Source: a virus
Lineage: Duplodnaviria; Caudoviricetes
Virus record (IMG/VR): IMGVR_UViG_3300012665_000674
Coordinates: 1-64,000 of that record
Strand: one strand, 5' to 3'
Length of the DNA: 64,000 bases
The translations under genes were made by a program, and so were the position numbers. Shown here in pieces: positions 18,939 through 28,865 of the stretch. The notes below the pieces were generated by a model. The model searched no databases, was not told the origin of the DNA, and saw only the letters and a list, made by a program, of their open reading frames with translations. How positions within the stretch are numbered: position 1 is the first letter of the stretch; each line of letters begins with the position of its first letter.

Positions 18939-19730
18939 TTATTCCTTAATAAAATTATGTTTTAACAGATAATTATACCACATCTCTGCTCCTTCTTCTT
19001 GTGCTTTGTCAGTTGTATGCCATCTTCTCGTAGTATTATTTTGATCCCATCGCCATGGATTTAAACTGTCACTATTGCATACTATTTTGTGATTGTTCTC
19101 GGTAGAAAAAACATTAATAGAAGCCTCCATATCAAATAGAATCATAACAAATGGAATATTACTATCCTCAAGTGCTTTATAACCACTGTGAAGAATAAAC
19201 GAATCCATATGTTTTTTATAATCTGCATCATACAGATAATCAATATAATATTCAAGTGCTTTGGCTTGCTCGTTAGTTACATTGGGTCTTGCAGATATAG
19301 TATCTGGGTTAATTATTTTTTTAAAAAATGGAACATCGCTTGTTAGAATATTGGTGAATGTTTCGCTAACTATTTTATTATTAAATTTTTTATTTTCACA
19401 ACTTCTATCAGGATATGTTTCAATATTGTAATCTAAATTATACACACCGTCACGTATATTATATTTTTTTCCTAATTTAGGAAATTCCATTCTGTTAGGA
19501 GAGGTCGCACCTATGATTACTAAATCAACTTTTTGTTTGATCATTTCATCAATTTGCAATCTTATGGCAGTATTACTACACGCTCCTCGGGCTAATGTAA
19601 AATAATCATATCCAATTTTTTTTGCAAGTAATTCTGTAAAGTGTTTGCCCGCACTATCTTTTATATCACGGCGATCACCGCTGATAGTAGCAGCCATGTA
19701 ACTATCCCCACAGACTCCCAATACTGGCAT
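18939..19730 (-). CDS. SGNH/GDSL-like hydrolase or acyltransferase
   Basis: N-terminal GDS, LARGACSN block and C-terminal His (WHT). Confidence 0.55.
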   Translation of the reverse strand: MPVLGVCGDSYMAATISGDRRDIKDSAGKHFTELLAKKIGYDYFTLARGACSNTAIRLQIDEMIKQKVDLVIIGATSPNRMEFPKLGKKYNIRDGVYNLDYNIETYPDRSCENKKFNNKIVSETFTNILTSDVPFFKKIINPDTISARPNVTNEQAKALEYYIDYLYDADYKKHMDSFILHSGYKALEDSNIPFVMILFDMEASINVFSTENNHKIVCNSDSLNPWRWDQNNTTRRWHTTDKAQEEGAEMWYNYLLKHNFIKE

Positions 19731-20101
19731 TAATATACCTTATCGCTAAATGTCATGTCATTCACGTATTCATCTGACACAAGTAGTATATCATTAATAT
19801 CAACACGGCGAATAGTTTTTTCGCCCTCTTCGTCTACAATATTAACACCGCGAGTCCATCGACCGTGACTAATCATAATCCACTTACCCTCTACTAATTC
19901 AGGGTCTTTTTGTTCAGCTCCTACTGCATAAATTTTACCCCAGCGTGGGCGAATACCTGCTGATTTCATATCATCATTTGGTAATAAAATACCACCATTT
20001 GTAATACGAGCATCAAATGACATATCGCATACAATCACATGCGATCCTATGGGTTTAAAATTAGCTTTAGTAATTTTATGTGGCTCAAATGCCTTTTTCA
20101 T
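19730..20101 (-). CDS. groES: GroES-like co-chaperonin
   Basis: KPIGSHVIV, TNGGILLP mobile loop, GKIYAVG, DIL. Confidence 0.8.
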   Translation of the reverse strand: MKKAFEPHKITKANFKPIGSHVIVCDMSFDARITNGGILLPNDDMKSAGIRPRWGKIYAVGAEQKDPELVEGKWIMISHGRWTRGVNIVDEEGEKTIRRVDINDILLVSDEYVNDMTFSDKVY

Positions 20102-20457
20102 TTCTTACCTTTCTTTACTTCTTCTGCTTTAATTTTTTCAATTTCTAAATCATCTTCAAGTGATTCTTCTAATTCAATTTCTGCTGGAGTCAACTCAGCT
20201 AAATCAAGTTTAGGCTTATCAGGTTGAATTCTTGGTTGTGATTTTTTTGTTACTTGGGCTGAACGATTACCTACTGTTTTGGAATAAGAATCACTTACTT
20301 TATTAGTTACGGCTTGAGTAACTCGCCCAAATGCATCGATAGTATCACCACGTGCGTTAAGATTCTTTACATTACCTACGGCTCTAGTTTTTTCATTTTT
20401 TGAACGTAATGCGTTCATATCAACACTTTTACCCATTGCTGTTCTGTATATAGACAT
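20098..20457 (-). CDS. Hypothetical protein
   Basis: 119-aa ORF. Confidence 0.6.
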   Translation of the reverse strand: MSIYRTAMGKSVDMNALRSKNEKTRAVGNVKNLNARGDTIDAFGRVTQAVTNKVSDSYSKTVGNRSAQVTKKSQPRIQPDKPKLDLAELTPAEIELEESLEDDLEIEKIKAEEVKKGKK

Positions 20458-20469
20458 ATAATTTTTTCC

Positions 20470-20979
20470 TTATTTTAAAAACTCATCAATAGACAAGTCG
20501 TAATATAAACTATTTATTCTGTGAATCCCTATTAGAAACAATACAAAACTTGCTACACTACTACCTCTACCCACACCCCATAAAATATTATTACTACGCA
20601 TAGTATCAACTAGATACTTTAAGTATTGTAATAATATAAACATATTTCTTTCGTGGAACATCAATAATTCTTCACCTGCTCTTTGTAGTTCTGCTTCATT
20701 GGTGCATTGATCCAAAACAAATTTAGCAATATCCATTTCTAAATATTCTTTGGGCATTTGCCAATTAGATTGATTCTTCTTATCGAATTCTTCTATTGAG
20801 ATATCGGGATTAACATATTCAATGAGTTTTGGTAAATCTTCAATTGAATATAGTACATTGTCAAGGGTAATTAACTTTTCAGTGTAAACTTGTTTTATAT
20901 TGCGTGTAGGATCACGCAAAAATAAATCACACAAGTCATTTTCACTAAGAATAGGTTGTCCGTATATATCAGTACGCAT
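20470..20979 (-). CDS. DNA polymerase III alpha (DnaE)-like N-terminal fragment
   Basis: WGVGRGSSVASFVLFLIGIHRIN matches the C-family GxGRGS motif and following helix. Confidence 0.8.
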   Translation of the reverse strand: MRTDIYGQPILSENDLCDLFLRDPTRNIKQVYTEKLITLDNVLYSIEDLPKLIEYVNPDISIEEFDKKNQSNWQMPKEYLEMDIAKFVLDQCTNEAELQRAGEELLMFHERNMFILLQYLKYLVDTMRSNNILWGVGRGSSVASFVLFLIGIHRINSLYYDLSIDEFLK

Positions 20980-20984
20980 ACAAC

Positions 20985-21013
20985 ATTATGACATAATTGA
21001 TTTTAAAAATCAA
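20985..21013 (-). promoter_or_regulatory. Sigma70-type promoter
   Basis: TTGATT-17 nt-CATAAT with extended TG, 5 nt before ATG. Confidence 0.6.
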
Positions 21014-21022
21014 CTAATATGG

Positions 21023-21616
21023 TTATTTTTCAGCTTCTGTGGTAAACAATATTTCGGATGATTTGTTATACTTTTCTTCCCAATCAAGTCCGCAGCCAAA
21101 CCAATCACTATTTTTTACCAATTTAACAATTTTTTCTTTTTTGCTTATTTTAGGAATATCAGTAATTGATGTTGAAGATTCTAACCACCATCCCTTATTA
21201 CCAAAAGGGTTATGTGAAGCACTATCTATATCATATACAAATCTTACATCATCGCTTAACTCTGACCGAAACACTATGTCAGTTATTTCTAATCTACCTT
21301 CAACAATAGCATTTAATTTTAACAACAACAATATTGCTAAAATTTGATCATATGGTTCTTCGGGTAAAGTACATACTTTAATATCTGCTTGGGTATATTT
21401 CTCAATAGCCTTTTTTTCAGCATCATGAACAAATACACTGTTTGATAAACAATCTGAAAGAAAATATATTATTCTATCCATTGCAATATTTTGTTCTCTA
21501 ATTGACATGGTCTCAACTTCCATTGCCAATGATATTTCATAGATGTTCATTAAAAAGTTTCCTTCAAAATGAACAGCAGCCTGAAAACTAAAATCACGTT
21601 CTATTCTTGTTCCCAA
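21023..21616 (-). CDS. Hypothetical protein
   Basis: 197-aa ORF. Confidence 0.6.
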   Translation of the reverse strand: MGTRIERDFSFQAAVHFEGNFLMNIYEISLAMEVETMSIREQNIAMDRIIYFLSDCLSNSVFVHDAEKKAIEKYTQADIKVCTLPEEPYDQILAILLLLKLNAIVEGRLEITDIVFRSELSDDVRFVYDIDSASHNPFGNKGWWLESSTSITDIPKISKKEKIVKLVKNSDWFGCGLDWEEKYNKSSEILFTTEAEK

Positions 21617-21851
21617 TTTGATCCTCTCGTTGTATGTTTACTTGAGTTTGGATGTTTTGTTTGCTAAACAATTCATCCATTTTTTTGCGTGATTCTTTAT
21701 GGTAACTTTCGATTACCATTTGAATCTGATGTATTAATGGACCGTTTCCCGTACGATGTGCAAAGGTTAGTTTAGTAGTTAAATCTGACAGTGCAGTTTG
21801 AAGTTCTTCCAAACTTTTATCAGATAAGTTATTGATGAACGGGTGTTCCAT
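21594..21851 (-). CDS. Hypothetical protein
   Basis: 85-aa ORF; TAAATA upstream. Confidence 0.55.
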   Translation of the reverse strand: MEHPFINNLSDKSLEELQTALSDLTTKLTFAHRTGNGPLIHQIQMVIESYHKESRKKMDELFSKQNIQTQVNIQREDQIGNKNRT

Positions 21852-21862
21852 TCAGATATTTA

Positions 21863-22900
21863 TTACCAGGTTGTCAGAGCAATTCTTTTCCAGATGTCCG
21901 AACCGTTGTATGTAACTGCACTGAATGAGTTAGCAGTGGTTGTTAGTGGAACGTTTGCCCCTGCTGTTCCAGATGTTCTAGATGCACTAACAGATATAGT
22001 TCCATTTGCACCCGAAGTAGCAATAGTTTTAACATAGTAAATTGTACCGGGTACTAAGTTAGCCTGTGTTACATTTGCTCCAGAGAAAATAATAGGATCA
22101 TTTGCTGTCAAACTACCTGTATTAGAAACAGTTATAATATTTCCAGTAGCATTTGAGTTTGCTACTGTAATAGTATTTGCAATAGAATCATATGAAGCAG
22201 TACACACATAGACATAATTTGCGTCAATAGAAATGTCTCCAGCAACATCACCTTGAAAGCCTGTCGGAGAAGGAGTTCGTTGTTGAACCTGTGTTGCTTG
22301 TCTTGGCCTATTAATTGGCGAAATGTATAATGTGTTTCCACAATCAACTGTACTTATTTGATAGTTCATTTGTGTCACACCATATGGTACTGACACTGTT
22401 ACGAATCCACCTACATTTGAATAATTTTCTAATGTTGTTGCACCGCTATCATTACTGACAACTACGTTACCTGAAAAAGTTACAAACGCAGTTGAGTTTG
22501 AAACTGCTAGTTGCAATTGAACATTACTTTGTGTTCCGGTAGGTGCCCAACTACCAAAGTTAATAGTAGTATTACCGGCAACAGTACCGTAATGTACATC
22601 ACCTAAAGAAACATCTACTAAAACGGTTCCTGATAATGCATTGCCTAAATTATAAGTGGTTGCTCTAAAGCTACGTGTGCTTGCATTGCTAATAAGAGTA
22701 TTAGCCATATCATTGTTAACAGTAGTGTTTGCTAATGCTTGCTTTACCACCACATTGTTTTGTAAGTCTGTGATTTCTGTGGCAGCAACATTTAGATTGT
22801 TTCTAATAGAGGCAAAATTATCTCTAAACCCTTGGCTGTTATTATTGACACCGGGTATTGGGTAATTTACGTTAATTGCATTTGTGTTGATTGTACTCAT
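21863..22900 (-). CDS. Virion structural protein (baseplate or fibre associated)
   Basis: N-terminal SQGFRDNF coil; N/T/S-rich beta repeats; C-terminal WKRIALTTW. Confidence 0.65.
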   Translation of the reverse strand: MSTINTNAINVNYPIPGVNNNSQGFRDNFASIRNNLNVAATEITDLQNNVVVKQALANTTVNNDMANTLISNASTRSFRATTYNLGNALSGTVLVDVSLGDVHYGTVAGNTTINFGSWAPTGTQSNVQLQLAVSNSTAFVTFSGNVVVSNDSGATTLENYSNVGGFVTVSVPYGVTQMNYQISTVDCGNTLYISPINRPRQATQVQQRTPSPTGFQGDVAGDISIDANYVYVCTASYDSIANTITVANSNATGNIITVSNTGSLTANDPIIFSGANVTQANLVPGTIYYVKTIATSGANGTISVSASRTSGTAGANVPLTTTANSFSAVTYNGSDIWKRIALTTW

Positions 22901-22922
22901 TGTTTTATTCCGTTATATATAT

Positions 22923-25403
22923 TTAGTATTGTGTATTGTCCGGTAAAATAGTTTGTCTCGGGAATAACACATAAAAATCTTTACTATTCAACGGATCTGG
23001 TACAGGATTTGCGCTAGGTAAGCCAGTCCAAGCAGGAGGACTTAGGTTATTGTCCCAATTATAAGTATCACTCTTATTAACACTAAATCTATCAATTTTA
23101 AAGTTAATTTGATTTAGTGTGTACGGCCAATTAGTTTCAATATTGACTTTTATCTCACTTGCTCTTCCGGGCTTTGTATAACAAATCACCCATGCTTGTG
23201 TGTACCCCAATGTACTACCGTTTTCTTGTTGACTTGTCATCCATAATGGTAAAAGTGTACTGTCAAGTTCTTGACCTAATACGTCTGCTACTTGAGTACG
23301 CATATTATACAAACTATTAGGATATAGCGTTCTTGCAAACCCAGGAGTTAAACTGGTATAATATTCTTGATCTAATACTACGTCCCAACTAGTAAAAATA
23401 TTAGTTACACTTGTGTACCAAGGTCCTAAAAATAAGTTAATAGGTCTAGGCCAATATATGCTTTTCTCTATGCTAACACCTTGAGAATTTACAAGGTTAT
23501 CGATAACTTCACTATACACTACTTCATAAATTATGTTACCGGCAGCATTTTTTGCCACTGCTGTTTTTAATTCACCTAAAGTAATATTTCTCCAATAATG
23601 ATTTTCTCTTTGTATAGCGGCGATATACTCTTGGATATCACTTGCAAATATACCATATGCATGTTCGTATATAACACTATTAGCTTTACCAAAATAAACA
23701 TCATCTGCTCTATAAAGTGCTTCATTAGGTATCAACTCAGTGTTTTCCAACAATGTGTTTAATATCTGTCTATCTTGTATACTAGGTGCAGCCTGAATGT
23801 ATACGATATCAGTAGGTTGTCCATACTGCTGTAGCACATTTAGAGTAAACGTTTTAGATGATGAGACTATATTATAATCAGGTGAGAATGCATCAACTGT
23901 AAAAGTAAATTCAGTATTTTGTCCAACTGTTAAAAATTCACTTGTTGGCTGATCTGCGATAAAGCCTGTTATCTGCCCATTAGAAAGTAACGTTAAGTTA
24001 GGAGGTAAAGTACCTGATATGACTCTGTAATTTAAAGTAACGTCAGATGTTGCTTCAACAAATAATGTACTTATGGTTCCGTTATATACTGTACCCAAAT
24101 CAGTAGGAGTTACCCATATAATTTCTCCAGTAACATCCTTACTTAAATTAAATGCAAAGTTAAAGTTTGTCGTAGAAATAGCAGGATTTCCTTGCTTTCG
24201 TACACTTACGTTAAAACTATAATTGTTTATACCAGGCAATGATAATTCTGGCGTTCCAGTTATCCATCCTGTTTCAGAGTTACCTGTTAGCCAAGAAGGA
24301 AGATTTGAAAATATATACTCTAATGGATTACCATCAAAATCATATCCTAGCATTTTAAAAGCAAAATAGTTATTACTTAGTACTGATCCTATCTGTGCGT
24401 TTTGTGTTGGAGGAACAGGTGGTAATATATAATACCCATAATAAATATCACTTGGGCTAACTTCTATTGTTAAAGGTCTAGTGTTTAAAATAGTAGGAGT
24501 TCTAGTATTAGGAGGGTTACCCGGGCCGCCTTGTGAAGAAGGTGTGTTTTGATTTATTACTGTAATTGAATACGATCCTATATTTCCTCCCAACGGACTT
24601 ATCAATCTAACTTTAAAATTGAATGTTCTGATAGTAGGCTGACCAACTGAAATTACAGGCAATGTAACCGTCATTGCTCCGGTGGAATCACTAATAGGAA
24701 ACGTATCACCGTTTTGCGTAGTACTTATTGAAATAGTATTTGCTACTGTATCAACTGTTTTAATATAGTAAGTAACTCCTTCTGAAATGTCACCTATTGT
24801 GTCTGTAAATGTTACTGGTCTTCCCGGAGTCATACCAGAAACATTTAAACAGTAGATAAAATCAGTAGTTGATTCTGTAGAAATACCAATAGTTGTTACT
24901 AAAGGTAAAGTAACGTTAATAGTAGGTGGTAATGGATATCCTTGAATTAATCCTGTAGGAGATAATTCAAGACCTGGTGGAAGACTACCTTCCTGTAATT
25001 CAATTAAAACAGGATTAGTTATATCAGGATTAGAATATTCAATGTTTAATTGAGTCCAAATACTATCTTGTGTACTTAACAATACACCTGCAGGTGTAGT
25101 AAATTGCGGAACCGCAGTACCCGTAATTGTTATGCTAAATGTTCTATCACGTATATTGTTTAAATTATCAGTAGCACGAATAGTAAATGATGTAGTTGTG
25201 TCTTGTGTGACTAGAGTTGGAATACCAGTCAATAATCCATTTACATCAATTACTAAATTAGTAGGGAGAGTGCCGGCAAGTAAACTATACGTAATATTAG
25301 TAGCAGGAGAAACAGGTGAAGCTAAAAACTGAAAAGATACATTTATACCATAAGGAAATGTACCTATAGTTCCGGCTGTAGTGTCCCATATTGGTTGTGC
25401 CAT
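22923..25403 (-). CDS. Large baseplate-associated protein with putative Ig-like repeats
   Basis: Repeated G(T/S)LP(P/T)(G/N)L.....G.I.G.P units; start MAQPIW. Confidence 0.7.
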   Translation of the reverse strand: MAQPIWDTTAGTIGTFPYGINVSFQFLASPVSPATNITYSLLAGTLPTNLVIDVNGLLTGIPTLVTQDTTTSFTIRATDNLNNIRDRTFSITITGTAVPQFTTPAGVLLSTQDSIWTQLNIEYSNPDITNPVLIELQEGSLPPGLELSPTGLIQGYPLPPTINVTLPLVTTIGISTESTTDFIYCLNVSGMTPGRPVTFTDTIGDISEGVTYYIKTVDTVANTISISTTQNGDTFPISDSTGAMTVTLPVISVGQPTIRTFNFKVRLISPLGGNIGSYSITVINQNTPSSQGGPGNPPNTRTPTILNTRPLTIEVSPSDIYYGYYILPPVPPTQNAQIGSVLSNNYFAFKMLGYDFDGNPLEYIFSNLPSWLTGNSETGWITGTPELSLPGINNYSFNVSVRKQGNPAISTTNFNFAFNLSKDVTGEIIWVTPTDLGTVYNGTISTLFVEATSDVTLNYRVISGTLPPNLTLLSNGQITGFIADQPTSEFLTVGQNTEFTFTVDAFSPDYNIVSSSKTFTLNVLQQYGQPTDIVYIQAAPSIQDRQILNTLLENTELIPNEALYRADDVYFGKANSVIYEHAYGIFASDIQEYIAAIQRENHYWRNITLGELKTAVAKNAAGNIIYEVVYSEVIDNLVNSQGVSIEKSIYWPRPINLFLGPWYTSVTNIFTSWDVVLDQEYYTSLTPGFARTLYPNSLYNMRTQVADVLGQELDSTLLPLWMTSQQENGSTLGYTQAWVICYTKPGRASEIKVNIETNWPYTLNQINFKIDRFSVNKSDTYNWDNNLSPPAWTGLPSANPVPDPLNSKDFYVLFPRQTILPDNTQY

Positions 25404-25404
25404 A

Positions 25405-26025
25405 TTATCCTTGTAAGTATTGCATTGCAATTTCGTAATGATGTTTTCTATCTTCTAATCCAATAGTCCCACCATTGATACGTTTTGTTAATGTCACAAA
25501 ATCATCTTTGTCGCAATATTGATTTAGTTTGTTATTATCCCAAAACCATCCGGCACTAGCAACAGCACCGTTTGGTGTTTCTAAATATGCAATAGTGTCC
25601 TCTAAATTCATTCCTAAATCATTAGCAAACTTTGTATAGTTATCACGACCAGTCAATTGAATTAATCCACGACCTCTGAATTTATAACCATCACCTGATT
25701 GTTCATCACCATTTTTCATGCGATTAGCATATACACGGTTGGCAATCTTTTCTGGCTTACGTTCATATTGTTTTGCTAGTTCTTCAGTAGGGAAATACTT
25801 CTTAAAAGTACCCATCAATCCTTTTGCTGAGTAATTTAAATTTTCTACTGTGGCGTTGAATCCACCTGATTCGTGTGCAATTTGTGCTAGAAAACCTGAA
25901 ACTCTGCGTGGATTTTCGAGCATGTCATAATATTCTGCTACAGTATTCAATGGTTCTATAAACCCTTGAAGAATATTTGCTTTTGTGCGAGGGCACATGT
26001 GAGTTAATAAATCTAATGTTATCAT
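25405..26025 (-). CDS. Glycoside hydrolase family 19 endolysin
   Basis: FLAQIAHESGG, ENLNYS, FRGRGLIQLTGRDNY, TKRINGG; start MITLDLL. Confidence 0.9.
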   Translation of the reverse strand: MITLDLLTHMCPRTKANILQGFIEPLNTVAEYYDMLENPRRVSGFLAQIAHESGGFNATVENLNYSAKGLMGTFKKYFPTEELAKQYERKPEKIANRVYANRMKNGDEQSGDGYKFRGRGLIQLTGRDNYTKFANDLGMNLEDTIAYLETPNGAVASAGWFWDNNKLNQYCDKDDFVTLTKRINGGTIGLEDRKHHYEIAMQYLQG

Positions 26026-26038
26026 GTTAAATCCTATT

Positions 26039-28768
26039 TTAATTATATGTTGCACCTGTAGTGTACCATTGTGTTGTAGTAGGTGCATAATATTGTAATG
26101 AGGCACCTGCTACATGACTATATGATGTGTTAGTTCCACCTGAGTTAATTGCGGCTCCTGATGCTGGGAAGACGTTTAATGTAGAAGCACTTGTGTTATT
26201 GATAATAATAACCATGCCTGCAACTGCTGTAGGTAATACGACTCCGTTTGCTCCTGCTGAAACTGTGCTAACAATATTAATTTCTTTAGTTAATAATGTA
26301 GCCCCACCTTGAAGATTAGCGCCTGCCGCAGTTATACCAGTCTCAACTGAACGTATATGATATGAACTTGCAATTAAATTAGCACCAGTAATATTGCCAC
26401 TACTAGACAATGATGTTAATGTTCCAACACTTGTTATGTTAGGTTGTGCCGCAGTTGTTACGGTACCTGCTGTGGTAGCACTAGGTACAGTACCTGTTAC
26501 ATTACCACCGGTAATACTTGTTAATGCTTGTCCATTACCTATAATATTTCCAACACTTACATTACCTGTAGTAGTAATTGTATTTGAACCGTAACTTGCT
26601 AAGAATGTAGCAACGTTGCTATTACCATAAGTACCGTCAAAACTAACAGGAGTGCCGTTAGCATAATAATAATTATCTGTTTTGATACCAAGAACAGATG
26701 CATTGCCTGTAGCACTCAACGTACCTGATATGTTCGAACCAGTACCAGTGATAGTCATTGTAGTATTACCGACAGCAGTGATAGTGACATTGCCGTTTGC
26801 TGTGGCAATATTAACATTACTATTGCCATTTGCAAGTGGACCTATTACATTTCCTACAGTAACATTTCCGCTAGCACTTAATGTACCTGTTATATTTGCA
26901 CCAGTTCCAGTAATAATAACAACGTTTGAATTACCTATTGCACTTATTCCAATATTGCTATCAGCCGCAATTTGTATATTACTATTTCCATTTGCCAATG
27001 TACCTACAAAATTACCTGATGAGGTATTCCCAGTAACTGATAAACTTGTTAGTGTACCTACGCTTGTAATATTAGGTTGTGCATTATCTACTACAGTGTT
27101 TGCTACTGTGGCTGCATTAGCATTTCCGTAAAATCTACCAACAAAGAAATTAGCAGTTGCAGTGTTACCTAAATTAGCATTGCCAAATGAAGTAGTGTCT
27201 CCGATGAAAACATTACCACGTATATTTCCATAATTTGTGAAAGTTACTACTTCACTAGATATGCTTACGTTACTTCCAAATCCAAATTCAGCATTACTAT
27301 TATCCCAGCCCATAAAGGCTGTGACTGGGGCAGTAGTATAATACTGTAGTGCAACACCTCTGTCTTTGCCGTCATTGGTTGTTAATGGATCACCGTTTGG
27401 TCCACCGCCTAATGAAATAATAGGATCTTCAACTACCAATGATTCAATATTAATATAAGTTGCATTACCTAATACCGATAAGTTACCATTAATGATTGCG
27501 TTATTTGCTACATTTAAATTACCTACATTAGCATTACCACTGGCACTTAGTGTACCTGTTATGTTAGCTCCGGTGCCTGTTATTACAACAACATTTGCAT
27601 TTCCAGTTGAACTAATTTCAATATTAGCATTAGCACTGATAACAACATTGCTATTTCCGTTAACTAGACTAGAACCCGCAGTTAACCCAGTTAATTGACT
27701 ACCGTTACCTATAAAATTACCTGCTGTTATATTGCCGGTACCACTTATAACACCGGCACCAAATCCTAAGTTGCCTACATTACTATTACCAGTACCACTG
27801 ATATTACCAACAAACAATGTTGCACCAACATTACCTATGTTAGCATTACTACTGACACTCAACGTACCTGTGATGTTAGCACCTGTGCCAGTAACAACAA
27901 TAACGTTGGCATTACCTTCAGCACTTACATTGATATTACCATTTGCACTAGGTATACTAATAGTACTGTTACCGTTTGCAAAAATTCCTAACAAATTACC
28001 TACAGTAGCATTGCCTGCAACACTTAAATTAGGGGAAGCAAGAACTCCGCTTACTTTATTAAAAGTAAATCCAGTATTGCCACCAAATGATCCTGAATCA
28101 TTAAATTGCACAAATGTATTAATGCCACCAGGAGATCCACCACCACCTCCGCCACCCGCGGCCCATGCTAGATTACCAGCACCATCTGTTTGTAAGAAAT
28201 ACCCTAATGTTCCACCTTGAATTTTAAAATTTGATACGTTAGCAATATTAAAATTAGCACCAGTAAAATTAACATTACCAGTTAATGTTACATTGTTTCC
28301 TACAGATAAATTACCAGAAACTGTGAGATTTGACAATGTACCTAAACTTGTTATATTAGGTTGTGCATTTGAATTACTTGTTAAGGTTCCGTTTAAACTT
28401 GCTAATCCATTACTAACAGATGCAAAACGGTTTGAAAGTACTTGTGCAGGGTTTATATCTATGTTTAATTGTTGACTAGAACTAGTGATAGAAACATTAC
28501 TTTGTGTATTATCAGAACCGCGCCCTACTTTCAACGATGACGTTGCCACTTGCAAACATGCAATATTTGCTGATATAACAACGTTACCTGTAGGAAAATT
28601 AACAGTAATACCTGCTCCAGGGGTTCTGTTAACAGAAGTAACCACTTGATCTACGTTTGCGTTGAACAACTGTGTGAAATTATTCTGTACTTTTAAGAAC
28701 GCTGTTCTAATCGCATCGGCTGATGGATCGTCGGGAAATGTTCCAAAATCTATATTTTGTTGAGCCAT
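26039..28768 (-). CDS. Tail fibre/baseplate protein with gp9/gp10-like N-terminus and repeats
   Basis: MAQQNIDFGTFPDDPSADAIRTAFLKVQNNF N-terminus; AQPNITS(V/L)GTL and ANGNSNV repeats. Confidence 0.75.
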   Translation of the reverse strand: MAQQNIDFGTFPDDPSADAIRTAFLKVQNNFTQLFNANVDQVVTSVNRTPGAGITVNFPTGNVVISANIACLQVATSSLKVGRGSDNTQSNVSITSSSQQLNIDINPAQVLSNRFASVSNGLASLNGTLTSNSNAQPNITSLGTLSNLTVSGNLSVGNNVTLTGNVNFTGANFNIANVSNFKIQGGTLGYFLQTDGAGNLAWAAGGGGGGGSPGGINTFVQFNDSGSFGGNTGFTFNKVSGVLASPNLSVAGNATVGNLLGIFANGNSTISIPSANGNINVSAEGNANVIVVTGTGANITGTLSVSSNANIGNVGATLFVGNISGTGNSNVGNLGFGAGVISGTGNITAGNFIGNGSQLTGLTAGSSLVNGNSNVVISANANIEISSTGNANVVVITGTGANITGTLSASGNANVGNLNVANNAIINGNLSVLGNATYINIESLVVEDPIISLGGGPNGDPLTTNDGKDRGVALQYYTTAPVTAFMGWDNSNAEFGFGSNVSISSEVVTFTNYGNIRGNVFIGDTTSFGNANLGNTATANFFVGRFYGNANAATVANTVVDNAQPNITSVGTLTSLSVTGNTSSGNFVGTLANGNSNIQIAADSNIGISAIGNSNVVIITGTGANITGTLSASGNVTVGNVIGPLANGNSNVNIATANGNVTITAVGNTTMTITGTGSNISGTLSATGNASVLGIKTDNYYYANGTPVSFDGTYGNSNVATFLASYGSNTITTTGNVSVGNIIGNGQALTSITGGNVTGTVPSATTAGTVTTAAQPNITSVGTLTSLSSSGNITGANLIASSYHIRSVETGITAAGANLQGGATLLTKEINIVSTVSAGANGVVLPTAVAGMVIIINNTSASTLNVFPASGAAINSGGTNTSYSHVAGASLQYYAPTTTQWYTTGATYN

Positions 28769-28820
28769 ATTTGTTTACCTATTTATAATGTATTTATCGT
28801 TTTTACATAAATGGATGTCC

Positions 28821-28852
28821 AAAAAAATACCCGACTAAAAGCCGGGTATTTT
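28821..28852 (-). terminator. Intrinsic terminator
   Basis: AAAATACCCG...CGGGTATTTTTTT after the 857-aa gene. Confidence 0.75.
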
Positions 28853-28865
28853 AATTTATCTAGTA

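Noticed and set aside
20470-20979. DnaE fragment as a pseudogene or split-intein half
   Set aside because: It has its own promoter, an intact motif and a clean stop; the complementary half exists; no intein-like terminal motifs are seen
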